Source: Blastocatellia bacterium (GTDB taxonomy: Bacteria > Acidobacteriota > Blastocatellia > RBC074). From it: a stretch of 56,834 nt of DNA. Shown here piece after piece: positions 9,804-18,913 of this stretch. Below the pieces are notes generated by a model that had not been told where the DNA came from, ran no database searches, and saw only the letters and a program-made list of their open reading frames with translations. The stretch covers positions 1 through 56,834 of the forward strand of contig JANNND010000012.1 in the NCBI GenBank assembly GCA_031398365.1. The letters are read 5' to 3'. The translations under genes were made by a program, and so were the position numbers. Position 1 is the first letter of the stretch. The number at the start of each line of letters is the position of its first letter.

Positions 9804-10445
9804 TCATTTCTTCTCTTCGACCTTGCCCTTCTTAATCACTTCCGGCTCCGCTGTGGTTACCTCAGCAACAGCCTCTTCTTCACGTGGCGCAACGACCGTA
9901 GCGATAACAGCATCGGCATCTGTAACGAGTTGGAACTTGTTCGTGTCGAGGTTCAAATCGCTGACGCGCAGGTGTTGTCCCAGCCCAAGTGATGTTACAT
10001 CTACATCCAGATGTTCCGGCAAATCATTGGGTAAACATCGAACCTTGATCGCGTGACTCACGACGTCCAAAATGCCGGCTGCCATTTTCACGCCTTCCGC
10101 TTCACCGATGATCTTTAGGGCAATTTCAAATTCAGATCGTTCTGTCAAAGAGATGCGCTGTAAATCCAAGTGCCAGACATTGCCCTTGATTGGGTTAAGC
10201 TGCATTTCAGCGATTTTCACCGTCGAGGTGCCGCCATCCAGATGCAAGGTGATAATCCCGTGCCGTCCGTGGGCGCGAACGAAAGTACCCAATTCTTTTT
10301 TCGTAACAGAGGCCGCAACGGCGTCCTGTCCGTCTCCGTAAATCGTTACGGGAATTAAGCCATCACGGCGCATTCGTCCGGCGGCTCCCTTACCACGTTC
10401 TGCGCGCGGCTGGGCATTCAGCAAAATACTTGTATCAATACTCAT
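9804..10445 (-). CDS. ctc: 50S ribosomal protein L25 / general stress protein Ctc
   Basis: RAERGKGAAGRMRRDGLIPVTIYG... plus a long C-terminal domain and an acidic/lysine tail, typical of Ctc-form L25. Confidence 0.88.
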   Translation of the reverse strand: MSIDTSILLNAQPRAERGKGAAGRMRRDGLIPVTIYGDGQDAVAASVTKKELGTFVRAHGRHGIITLHLDGGTSTVKIAEMQLNPIKGNVWHLDLQRISLTERSEFEIALKIIGEAEGVKMAAGILDVVSHAIKVRCLPNDLPEHLDVDVTSLGLGQHLRVSDLNLDTNKFQLVTDADAVIATVVAPREEEAVAEVTTAEPEVIKKGKVEEKK

Positions 10446-10469
10446 AAACTTACACTCCCAAACTAAATC

Positions 10470-11417
10470 TCAAATAAACAAGCGGCTTACCGAAGTCTCA
10501 TCGTGAATGGATTTGATGGCTTCAGCAAGAAGCGGCGCCACACTCAGGCATTCATACTGCGCCGAGGCGCGTGCTTTATCCGCCGGTACCGTGTTGGTAA
10601 TGACAACTTTTTCCAGTGGCGAATTGGCAATTCGTTCAATCGCATTGCCCGACAACACCGCGTGTACGCAACTGGCCACAATGCTTTTCGCGCCTTCTTT
10701 TTTCAGGGCTTCCGCCACTTTCGTCAACGTGCCAGCCGTATCGGCCATATCATCCACAACCAACACGTTGCGGCCTTCGACTTTGCCAATAACGTTCATC
10801 ACTTCGGCTTCCGCATGACCGGGTTTCGATTTGTCGCGGCGTTTGTCCACGATGGCAAAATCCGCATTCAGGCGTTTCGCATAGGCGCGGGCGCGTTCTG
10901 CGCCACCGGGATCGGGCGCAACCACCACCAGGTTTTCAATCTGTTGCTTCAGAAAATATTCAATGATGACAGGTGAAGCGAACAAGTGATCTACCGGAAT
11001 GTCAAAGAATCCTTGAATCTGTGGCGCGTGTAAATCCACTGCCAAAACCCGATCCGCGCCGGAAGTCGTAATCAGATTGGCCACCAACCGGGCCGAAATC
11101 GCAATTCGGGGCTTGTCCTTTTTGTCGCCGCGTCCGTATCCGTAATAAGGAATTACTGCCGTGATACGGTCGGCGGAAGAGCGCCGGAAAGCGTCAATCA
11201 TTAATAACAACTCAATCAGGCTGGTATCAACCGGCGGGCAAGTGGGTTGTATGATAAAGACGTCACTGCCACGCACGTTTTCAAGGATCTGAAAATTGAA
11301 TTCGCCATCAGGAAAACGCGTGGTGTTAGCGCGCCCCAGAGGGACTCCTAGATACTGGCAGATTTCCTCCGCCAGCGGGCGATTCGCGTTACCGGAGAAT
11401 ACTTGTAAACTATTCAC
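10470..11417 (-). CDS. prs: Ribose-phosphate pyrophosphokinase
   Basis: VFSGNANRPLAEEIC..., DLHAPQIQGFF and the VVDDMADTAGTL PRPP-binding loop. Confidence 0.93.
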   Translation of the reverse strand: MNSLQVFSGNANRPLAEEICQYLGVPLGRANTTRFPDGEFNFQILENVRGSDVFIIQPTCPPVDTSLIELLLMIDAFRRSSADRITAVIPYYGYGRGDKKDKPRIAISARLVANLITTSGADRVLAVDLHAPQIQGFFDIPVDHLFASPVIIEYFLKQQIENLVVVAPDPGGAERARAYAKRLNADFAIVDKRRDKSKPGHAEAEVMNVIGKVEGRNVLVVDDMADTAGTLTKVAEALKKEGAKSIVASCVHAVLSGNAIERIANSPLEKVVITNTVPADKARASAQYECLSVAPLLAEAIKSIHDETSVSRLFI

Positions 11418-11463
11418 GGGGTACTACAAACTTTTGAGCAGTTATTGGGGCCTGACAAAAAAA

Positions 11464-11539
<76 letters not shown>

Positions 11540-11546
11540 TAACTTT

Positions 11547-11625
11547 GATTGTGGATTGCTGAATGCGGATGGCGAAACTTGTGCGCCTAATATTAATCCG
11601 AAATCCGAAATCCGAAATCCGAAAT
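11547..11625. repeat. Heptad-armed hairpin: (ATCCGAA)x4 perfect tandem repeat opposite a degenerate complementary arm
   Basis: 11596-11623 is four exact ATCCGAA units. 11547-11572 (gattgtg gattgct gaatgcg gatgg) is its degenerate complement with the same 7-nt period. The perfect arm lies inside the last 10 codons of ispE. Confidence 0.75.
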
Positions 11626-12516
11626 TTTCGTGAGAGCGGCTTGATATTCACTCTGGCTCAGCGTGCGCGTTGGGGCGCACCACCAATCCGTTGCACTCAA
11701 TTCATTCATTGCCTGAGCGCGTGCCGCTTCACTTTCAAAGACCGCAAAAACTGTGGCGCCGCTTCCTGACATCAAAACAGCCGTTGCATTGAAAGCCTCT
11801 AACTGCTGTTTGACCTGACCGATGAGAGGATATTGCGCGAGTGCCGGACGTTCGAGATCATTCCGTAAGTTCCATTTCGCCCCTCGCATGCGCGCGTAAG
11901 CAGCCTCCAAAGAAAACGGCATCTTATTCACGGCGAGAGGGCTTGTCAACTCAGAAGATAAATTTCCATAGATTTCGCGGGTTGGTACATTTACCCTCGG
12001 ATTCACCAATAATATATGCTCTGCCGCAATATCCGCCATGGGATAAACTTCATCGCCGCGCCCGATGCCGATGCCCGTGCCACCGAAAAAAAAGAATGGC
12101 ACATCGGCTCCAAGCTGTGCGCCGAGCCGAAACAAATCACGCGCCCCAACGTCCACTTCCCAGAGTTTTGCGAGCGCGAGCAACGTGATCGCTGCATTGC
12201 TGCTGCCGCCGCCAAGTCCCGCGCCCAGGGGAATGTTTTTCTGCAAATCAATCCGCGCGCCCTTGTCACAACCCGTCAGTTTTTGGAGTAACACTGCCGC
12301 GCGATAAATCAGATTCGTTTCGTCACACGGCACTTCGGGATGATCGCAGGTTAAGACAATTTCTGACTCGGTCAACGCAAACTGCAACTGATCGCAGACA
12401 TTCACCGTTTGCAGAATCGTGCGCAGTTCGTGATAGCCGTCGGCGCGTCGCCCTAGAATTTCGAGCGTCCAATTGATTTTGGCAAAAGAGGGAACTGCAA
12501 AATTCATAAGGTTCAA
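11593..12516 (-). CDS. ispE: 4-diphosphocytidyl-2-C-methyl-D-erythritol kinase
   Basis: AKINWTLEILGRRADGYHEL and the GHMP-kinase motif PLGAGLGGGSSNAA. The C-terminal residues ISDFGFRISD are encoded by the heptad repeat. Confidence 0.9.
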   Translation of the reverse strand: MNLMNFAVPSFAKINWTLEILGRRADGYHELRTILQTVNVCDQLQFALTESEIVLTCDHPEVPCDETNLIYRAAVLLQKLTGCDKGARIDLQKNIPLGAGLGGGSSNAAITLLALAKLWEVDVGARDLFRLGAQLGADVPFFFFGGTGIGIGRGDEVYPMADIAAEHILLVNPRVNVPTREIYGNLSSELTSPLAVNKMPFSLEAAYARMRGAKWNLRNDLERPALAQYPLIGQVKQQLEAFNATAVLMSGSGATVFAVFESEAARAQAMNELSATDWWCAPTRTLSQSEYQAALTKISDFGFRISD

Positions 12517-12630
12517 ATACGTCGTTGCTGGCTTTTGTTCGGGAAATTCGTATCTTACACTAAAATGCCCGTCCTTCAGAGTAATGGCAAAGACGGGCTT
12601 AGTTCACCCGAAGGTGATGAGTGAAGCACA

Positions 12631-13287
12631 ATGACCAATTGGCAAGAACATAATGATGAGCGATATTTTGCCCAGTTAGCAGCCGCCTTTGTTCGCGGCA
12701 GAATTTCGGTTGCGCCGGAGTTATCCGACGAAGCAGTCATTGCCGCGGGACGGGCGGCGGGCTTACGGCTCCATAAGTTCAAAAGCCAAACAGAATTGCC
12801 GCGCGTTAAGAAAGTTTTAGGAATCTTGCAGGGCCTTGCGCCCGTAAGCTTGCTCGACATTGGCAGCGGACGCGGCACGTTTCTTTGGCCATTGCTGGAT
12901 GCCTTTCCCGACCTGGAGATTATGGCGATTGATACAAATCCGATTCGCGTAAATGATATCAACGCCGTGCGGCAAGGTGGATTTGCCAATTTACAGGCCC
13001 TGGAAATGGACGCTACAGCAATTCAGTTGGAGAGCAAAAGCGTTGATGTGGTGACGGCCTTGGAAGTGCTTGAGCATTTAGCCGCTCCTGCTCTGGCGGC
13101 GGCTGAGGCGGTCCGCTTGGCGCGCAAATTTGTGGTTACTTCTGTACCTTCCAAAGAAGACCATAACCCTGAGCATATCCAGCTTTTTGATCAGGCATCG
13201 TTTGAGAAATTGTGGCTGGATGCAGGCGCGCAAAGCGTCAAAATGGATTACGTGCTAAACCACCTCATTGCGGTCGTGAAAGTTTGA
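12631..13287 (+). CDS. Class I SAM-dependent methyltransferase
   Basis: Motif I LLDIGSGRGTF, post-I MAIDTN and VVTALEVLEHL. First gene of a tightly packed three-gene unit. Confidence 0.75.
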   Translation: MTNWQEHNDERYFAQLAAAFVRGRISVAPELSDEAVIAAGRAAGLRLHKFKSQTELPRVKKVLGILQGLAPVSLLDIGSGRGTFLWPLLDAFPDLEIMAIDTNPIRVNDINAVRQGGFANLQALEMDATAIQLESKSVDVVTALEVLEHLAAPALAAAEAVRLARKFVVTSVPSKEDHNPEHIQLFDQASFEKLWLDAGAQSVKMDYVLNHLIAVVKV

Positions 13288-13293
13288 TTACCA

Positions 13294-14079
13294 GTGACAA
13301 CGCTTTATAAATATCCACGCACACAACACATCGAAGGCTCGCGTTTGCAGCCCGGTGACGAGGACTTGGAGTCGGTCTCATTTAATCAAATCAAAGGCCG
13401 TTTTATTGTCATCGAGGAAAAGTTGGATGGCGCAAATTCTGGCATCAGCTTTAGCGCAGATGGAAGATTATTATTGCAAAGTCGCGGGCATTTTTTGGAT
13501 GGAGGCCCACGGGAAAAACAATTTGCGTTATTGAAAACCTGGGCCAGCACACACCAACAAAACCTGCAAGCTTTGTTAGGTGACAAGTATTTAATGTATG
13601 GCGAATGGCTCCATGCCAAGCACACGATTTTTAATGATGCTTTGCCACATTATTTTTTTGAGTTCGACATTTTGGATGTTAGCAAAGGCGAGTTTTTATC
13701 TACGGACAGAAGACATTCAATGTTAACGGGTTCACCAGTGGTTTCAGTGCCTGTGTTGTGGCAGGGCCGCGCAAAGTCATTGGAACAGCTTCAATCATTG
13801 GTGGCCCAGTCTTTGTACAAAAGCCAACAATGGTATGAAAACTTAGCCGTAGCCTGTGCTGAGCAAAAACAAAAATTTGAGATCGTAAAAAAGCAGTCTG
13901 ATAAGACCGCTCTGGCGGAAGGGCTTTACATCAAAGTTGAAGAGCAGGGGCGCGTGGTTGAACGTTATAAGTTTGTGCGCGCTGAATTTTTACAAGCCGT
14001 CTTTGATTCTGGTAGCCATTGGATGGATCGGCCTATTTTGGCAAACTGTCTGCGGGCTGACTGCGATATGTTTGCATGA
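13294..14079 (+). CDS. ATP-dependent RNA ligase family protein (nucleotidyltransferase-only)
   Basis: GTG start. N-terminus YPRTQHIEGS. Motif I EEK43LDGAN (KxDG). Later blocks LMYGEWL, FFEFDI and EGLYIKVE resemble ligase motifs III, IV and V. Confidence 0.75.
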   Translation: MTTLYKYPRTQHIEGSRLQPGDEDLESVSFNQIKGRFIVIEEKLDGANSGISFSADGRLLLQSRGHFLDGGPREKQFALLKTWASTHQQNLQALLGDKYLMYGEWLHAKHTIFNDALPHYFFEFDILDVSKGEFLSTDRRHSMLTGSPVVSVPVLWQGRAKSLEQLQSLVAQSLYKSQQWYENLAVACAEQKQKFEIVKKQSDKTALAEGLYIKVEEQGRVVERYKFVRAEFLQAVFDSGSHWMDRPILANCLRADCDMFA

Positions 14080-15188
14080 ATTTTCCTTACCTTCCACAAC
14101 CACCACATTATCACTTTGAGTGGGATTCGCTGCACGGCGAATTTGCCTGGGTGCGTGCGCTGCAAGGTTGCCCGCAAGACCCTATTCATCACGCGGAAGG
14201 CGATGTTTGGATTCACACCAAAATGGTTTGCGAAGCTGTTGTTGCAAATCAGGCTTGGCGCGCTTTAGCCGAGCCGGAACGCGCCATCGTGTTTGTGGCA
14301 GCACTAATGCACGATGTGGCCAAGCCTGTTTGCACGCGCCGGGAAGACGGTCGTATCACCAGTCGCGGGCATTCCAAGCGCGGCGAGATTATGGCGCGTG
14401 AGATTTTGTGGCAGATGGAAATCCCGCTACTGTGGCGCGAGCAAATTGTGAATTTGATCCGCTATCATCAAATTCCCTTTTTCCTGATTGAACGTCCAGA
14501 CGCGCAACGCAAGCTTTTTGAAGTCAGCCAAACAACCCGCAATGATTTGTTGGCGCAGGTAACTGAAGCCGATGCGCGTGGGCGAATTTGTGTTGATCAG
14601 CAAATGCTCTTCGACAATATTGCGCTTTTTACTGTTTTTGCCGAGGAGCAGCATTGTTTGAGAGTACCGCGAGCATTTCCGAGCGAACACAGCCGCTTTT
14701 TATATTTCCAAAAAGAAGACCGCGATCCAAATTACCTGGCATTTGATGATACGGGCAGTGAGGTGATCGTGATGTCCGGGTTGCCGGGGGCTGGCAAAGA
14801 TCATTGGATCAAAACGCAAGGTCCCGATTGGCCGGTAATTTCGCTGGATGCCTTGCGCGCAGAAATGAAGATCAAACCAACGGATAACCAAGGCGTAGTG
14901 ATTGCGCGTGCGCGCGACCTGGCCCGCGAACAGTTGCGGCGCAAACAGAATTTTATTTGGAATGCGACGAATTTAAGCCGTCAAATGCGGGAACGTTGTT
15001 TGAGCTTATGCGCTGCTTATAACGCAAGGATTCGGATTGTTTACCTGGAAACTTCAGAAAAGAATCTATGGGTACAAAACAAAGAGCGACATGCCAGCGT
15101 GCCAATATCCGTAATTCATAAATTGCTTTCGCGGTGGGAAGTACCCGATCTAACAGAAGCGCATGAAGTGCAATTAATTTGCACCTAA
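14076..15188 (+). CDS. HD phosphoesterase / P-loop polynucleotide-kinase fusion (HD-Pnk-like end-healing enzyme)
   Basis: N-terminal HD domain (HHAEGDVWIHT ... LMHDVAKP ... SRGHSKRGE). C-terminal P-loop VIVMSGLPGAGKDHW. The ATGA start/stop overlaps the ligase gene. Confidence 0.7.
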   Translation: MNFPYLPQPPHYHFEWDSLHGEFAWVRALQGCPQDPIHHAEGDVWIHTKMVCEAVVANQAWRALAEPERAIVFVAALMHDVAKPVCTRREDGRITSRGHSKRGEIMAREILWQMEIPLLWREQIVNLIRYHQIPFFLIERPDAQRKLFEVSQTTRNDLLAQVTEADARGRICVDQQMLFDNIALFTVFAEEQHCLRVPRAFPSEHSRFLYFQKEDRDPNYLAFDDTGSEVIVMSGLPGAGKDHWIKTQGPDWPVISLDALRAEMKIKPTDNQGVVIARARDLAREQLRRKQNFIWNATNLSRQMRERCLSLCAAYNARIRIVYLETSEKNLWVQNKERHASVPISVIHKLLSRWEVPDLTEAHEVQLICT

Positions 15189-15255
15189 AGATGCCGGGAA
15201 TCCCGCCCTTGATAGCGATGGAATAACCACTTCACGGCGGGACTCATAGATTTTC

Positions 15256-16035
15256 TTAACCCATTGGCGCCAGTGTCCCAAGAATATGGTAGCCACCATC
15301 CACATAAATCACTTCGCCTGTGATGCCACGTGACAAACTGCTGGCCAAAAATAATCCTGTGTCGCCAACTTCAGCTTGTTCCGTTGCCTTTCGGAGCGGC
15401 GCGACTTCGCGGTGATGCGCGACCATATTTGTGATACCAGACACACCACGTGCAGCCAGGGTGCGAATCGGGCCAGCCGAAATCGCATTGACGCGAATGC
15501 CTTTGGGGCCGAGATCGCTGGCAAGGTAGCGCACGGTGGCTTCCAGCGCGGCTTTGGCAACGCCCATCACGTTGTAATGCGGCACGACGCGCTCTGCGCC
15601 GAGGTACGTGAGCGTAATGATCGAAGCGTTTTCGCTCATGATCGGCAATGCCGCGCGGGTGAAGGCCACCAGCGAATAGGCGCTGACCTCCAGCGCGATT
15701 TTGAATGCGTCGCGGGAAGTATTGACGAATTCGCCCGTCAAGGCTTCGCGCGGTGCAAAAGCAATCGAATGCACCAGGAAATCAAGCTTGCCGTATTCTC
15801 CGGCAAAGCTGTTCATCAACGTGGCAATTTCTTCATCATTGCCCGCATCGCATTGATAACATTTCGCGTCGGGAATAGTCGCCGCCAGTTCTTCGACATT
15901 CTCTTTCAATCGTTCGGTTTGGTAATTGAATGCGAGTTTTGCGCCCGCGTTGGCGGTGGATTGAGCAATCGCCCACGCAATGCTTGCTTTGTTTGCGACC
16001 CCTAAAATCAGGCCGTTTTTGCCTTCCAGTAGCAT
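15256..16035 (-). CDS. fabI: Enoyl-[acyl-carrier-protein] reductase (NADH)
   Basis: LEGKNGLILGVANKASIAWAIA, the ...YNVMGVAKAALEA Tyr-Lys catalytic region and SAGPIRTLAA. Confidence 0.92.
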   Translation of the reverse strand: MLLEGKNGLILGVANKASIAWAIAQSTANAGAKLAFNYQTERLKENVEELAATIPDAKCYQCDAGNDEEIATLMNSFAGEYGKLDFLVHSIAFAPREALTGEFVNTSRDAFKIALEVSAYSLVAFTRAALPIMSENASIITLTYLGAERVVPHYNVMGVAKAALEATVRYLASDLGPKGIRVNAISAGPIRTLAARGVSGITNMVAHHREVAPLRKATEQAEVGDTGLFLASSLSRGITGEVIYVDGGYHILGTLAPMG

Positions 16036-16147
16036 GCTGAAATCTCCTCAAAGATTTGAGTCGGGAAAAATGAAATGCGAAGATACCACGATTCCCAAAT
16101 TCTTAAAATTGAGGCTCTGGAAGCAAAAGGAAGAGAGAAACGCTGCT

Positions 16148-16606
16148 ATGGCAAATATGATTACGAAACTTACCTGGAACCGCGACTTGCAATTCACCGG
16201 ACAAAACGTCAAAGGTTTTAGTACCACGATTGATGGCAACACCGAAGTCGGCCCTAGTCCAATGGAGCTTCTGCTCGAATCTGTAGGCGGTTGTTCGGCG
16301 ATTGATGTCGTGCTGATTTTGCAAAAGATGCGCGAACCGCTGGCACGCCTGGAAGTCGCGTTGGAGGGCGAACGCGCCGAATCGCAGTCGCGCTATTTCA
16401 CTTCGATCACGGCGCGCTTTGATGTGTGGGGCGATGGGTTGAGTACGGATAAAGTTGCGCGGTCTGTGAATCTGTCGTTCGCCCGTTATTGCAGTGTCTT
16501 TCACTCGCTCCGCAAAGATTTGCAACTCACGGCGCAGTACCGCCTGCACGCTGCCCAGGCTGAAGCAGCGGGGGAATACCAGACAGTTGAAATCACCGCA
16601 GAGTAG
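16148..16606 (+). CDS. OsmC/Ohr family peroxiredoxin-like protein
   Basis: The ATG at 16148 is preceded by [33 protein letters not shown] and [11 protein letters not shown] carry the two conserved Cys. The track start at 15980 would overlap fabI. Confidence 0.8.
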   Translation: MANMITKLTWNRDLQFTGQNVKGFSTTIDGNTEVGPSPMELLLESVGGCSAIDVVLILQKMREPLARLEVALEGERAESQSRYFTSITARFDVWGDGLSTDKVARSVNLSFARYCSVFHSLRKDLQLTAQYRLHAAQAEAAGEYQTVEITAE

Positions 16607-17042
16607 CTGTATCAAGCCAAATCGTGACTGGCCCATCGTTGTGAATTTCGACCATCATGTCCGCACCGAACTCACCCGTTTCGACCTGGTAGCCGAGCGC
16701 GCGCAATCTCTCGACAAACATCTCGCACATGGGCGCGGCCACTTCTGGTTGCGCGGCATCGGTAAAGCTCGGCCTGCGTCCTTTGCGACAATCGGCGTAC
16801 AGCGTGAATTGTGAGATGACTAATAAATCCGCTTTCACATCTGCCGCTGACAAATTGAATTTTCCTTCAGCGTCAGCAAAGATGCGCAGGTTGAGGATTT
16901 TATAAATGAGCAACTCCAGATCCGTTGCTGTGTCATCGTTGCCAATGCCCAATAAAATTACCAGCCCGCTTTTGATAGCGCCGCTTACGCGCCCGGCAAT
17001 CGTGACCTGGCCTTTCGTAACTCGTTGCAAAATAGCCCGCAT
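16593..17042 (-). CDS. dtd: D-aminoacyl-tRNA deacylase
   Basis: MRAILQRV..., [10 protein letters not shown] and [17 protein letters not shown] signatures. Confidence 0.92.
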   Translation of the reverse strand: MRAILQRVTKGQVTIAGRVSGAIKSGLVILLGIGNDDTATDLELLIYKILNLRIFADAEGKFNLSAADVKADLLVISQFTLYADCRKGRRPSFTDAAQPEVAAPMCEMFVERLRALGYQVETGEFGADMMVEIHNDGPVTIWLDTATLR

Positions 17043-17199
17043 CCCAAACTCCTTCAGCTTTAGTGGGCGCTTGCTTGCCCAATCTCGTCACCTGACAAAA
17101 AACGATTCTTGACTTTGCCAGGGTGGTTTGTCAGTATGCGCCCGATTTGACGCGCCGGCGGTGGCCTCGCTAATGGCAAGTTTCTGGAGGACACTAACT

Positions 17200-18201
17200 G
17201 TGCGCGAAAGTACCTACCGATTATTCTCTCTCAAATATTTTCTGGCAATTACGGCGCTGAGCGTGCCGTTCTTTTCAACCATCAGTTTGGCACAATCTCC
17301 GTCGTTGCCAGACAATTTCCCCGTGGCAGAATCTGCCAAGGAAGCGGCTCGTCCAGGCGTTGCAACACCGCAGGTCGCGACAGGTGATGACCTGTATTGC
17401 GCAGGGTACATTCGTACCCTGCAGCCCACCGGACTGGCCAAAATTATTGGTGCGGAAGAAGAAAATCGCGTCGTCCGCTTCGGCCAAGGCGATGTGGTTT
17501 ATCTGGACGCTGGGCGGGCGCAAAACATCCGCCCTGACATGCTGTTTGCGATTACGCGTCCGATGGGCAAATTCCGCTCTCCATATCAACGCGCCGGAGG
17601 CAAAGACCTCGGCACTTTTGTGCGTGAAGTCGGCATTTTGCGCGTGCTGGAAGTGCAGGGACAAACGGCGACGGCGCGCATTGTTGTTTCGTGCAGCGAT
17701 GTGCAATTGGGCGATTTGTTGGTTACCTTTGCCGCGCGCCGCGCGCCGGAAACTGACATCAGCCAACCACTTCCACGCTATCAACCGACGTCAGGACAAA
17801 AGCCCGGACGCATTGTGTTACAACGTGACCAGCATGAAAATATCGGTCCCCGCGATGTGGTCTATGTTGATCTCGGGACAGAAAACGGCGTGCGAGCAGG
17901 CGATAAATTCACCATCTTTCGCAATAAACCGGACGATGGCAACGTCTTCAATTTCAATGATGACGACATTGTTCTGCGCCAGAGCAGTGACTATGAAAGC
18001 GATAAGTTCAAGGGAGGGAAATTTTCCAATGGGCATCCCTATGAAAGCCGACAGAAAGTGAAAAACACGCGTCCCACGATCCCGCCCAAGATTGTCGGCG
18101 AGTTGGTTGTCATTGCCGTCGAAGGCAAGTCCGCCACCGCCATCGTCACGCGTACGACGCAGGAAGTTCATACCGGTGATCGCGTCGAAGCCTTACGCTA
18201 A
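17200..18201 (+). CDS. Secreted hypothetical protein with internally repeated beta-rich modules
   Basis: The GTG at 17200 lies 8 nt after GGAGGA. Signal peptide ...ITALSVPFFSTISLAQS. GDVVYLD/RDVVYVD...GD.F.I modules are repeated. No family was recognised. Confidence 0.55.
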   Translation: MRESTYRLFSLKYFLAITALSVPFFSTISLAQSPSLPDNFPVAESAKEAARPGVATPQVATGDDLYCAGYIRTLQPTGLAKIIGAEEENRVVRFGQGDVVYLDAGRAQNIRPDMLFAITRPMGKFRSPYQRAGGKDLGTFVREVGILRVLEVQGQTATARIVVSCSDVQLGDLLVTFAARRAPETDISQPLPRYQPTSGQKPGRIVLQRDQHENIGPRDVVYVDLGTENGVRAGDKFTIFRNKPDDGNVFNFNDDDIVLRQSSDYESDKFKGGKFSNGHPYESRQKVKNTRPTIPPKIVGELVVIAVEGKSATAIVTRTTQEVHTGDRVEALR

Positions 18202-18273
18202 AAAAATCCCAGCAAAATGAAAGGGGAGTCTTCCAGGCTCCCCTTTCATTTTGAAATGTCCAGAGAGAAATCC

Positions 18274-18888
18274 ATGAAACGTATTGCCATTCTGATTACG
18301 CTCCTGGTCTTGTTTGTCACAAGTCCTGTCGCGCAACGCCCGCCAACCTTAACAGACGATGATGTCGAATCCCCAAAAACGAAAACGGGGGAGAAAGGGA
18401 AACCAACTTCGGCCAGCCTTCCAGTGGGGAAAGCAGACTCGGCTTGGACAGAGTTCTCTTCGCCAGAGGGAGGCTTTAGTGCCAAATGGCCAGGAAAGCC
18501 CCTTGAGAAATCTCAAAAGGTAGAGACGGATTCAGGTCAACTTGATCAAAAAATGTTCGCCTTGGAAAAGAATGGCGTTGGGTATGGCGTAGTTTATTTT
18601 GATCTGCCTGCGCCCGTCAGATCGGCGGAAGAAATGGAGATGAGGTTTACCGGCATTCGCAATCAATTATTGAAAAACGATAAGGTGAAATTGCTCAGCG
18701 AGACGGCTATGACGCTGGCCGGTTATGCCGGAAAAGAGTTTCAATACGAACAAGGTGGCAGTCTTGTGATAATGAAAGTTTTTGCCTTTGAACAACGGGT
18801 GTATTCTGTTTTTCTCGCAGTGCAAAAAGGTCAACCTTACATTGGAACTGAGTCACCGTTTTTCTCATCGTTCAGAATTATCAGGTAG
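18274..18888 (+). CDS. Secreted hypothetical protein
   Basis: ATG at 18274 with signal peptide MKRIAILITLLVLFVTSPVAQ. No recognisable domain. Confidence 0.55.
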   Translation: MKRIAILITLLVLFVTSPVAQRPPTLTDDDVESPKTKTGEKGKPTSASLPVGKADSAWTEFSSPEGGFSAKWPGKPLEKSQKVETDSGQLDQKMFALEKNGVGYGVVYFDLPAPVRSAEEMEMRFTGIRNQLLKNDKVKLLSETAMTLAGYAGKEFQYEQGGSLVIMKVFAFEQRVYSVFLAVQKGQPYIGTESPFFSSFRIIR

Positions 18889-18913
18889 TCGCGCGGGGTA
18901 CATCCGAAGTTAC

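Noticed and set aside
11596-11623. Tandem short repeats here and at 22441-22475 and 53288-53421, considered as possible CRISPR arrays
   Set aside because: The units are 7-9 nt and contiguous, with no spacers, and there are no cas genes. They are incompatible with CRISPR (repeats of about 24-48 nt separated by unique spacers).
15980-16147. N-terminal extensions offered by the ORF track (15980 for OsmC, 28631 for LOG, 53395 for the kinase, 18217, 34314, 9121 for rpsF, 17128, 7781)
   Set aside because: Each extension overlaps a neighbouring gene or a hairpin, or lacks an SD. Internal starts give canonical N-termini and, in several cases, a clear SD such as AAGGAGG before the rpsF TTG.
15376-16636. 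209-aa plus-strand ORF inside fabI and 177-aa minus-strand ORF inside the OsmC gene
   Set aside because: Both are antisense to genes with strong family signatures, are Arg/His/Phe-rich with no motifs, and lack an SD.
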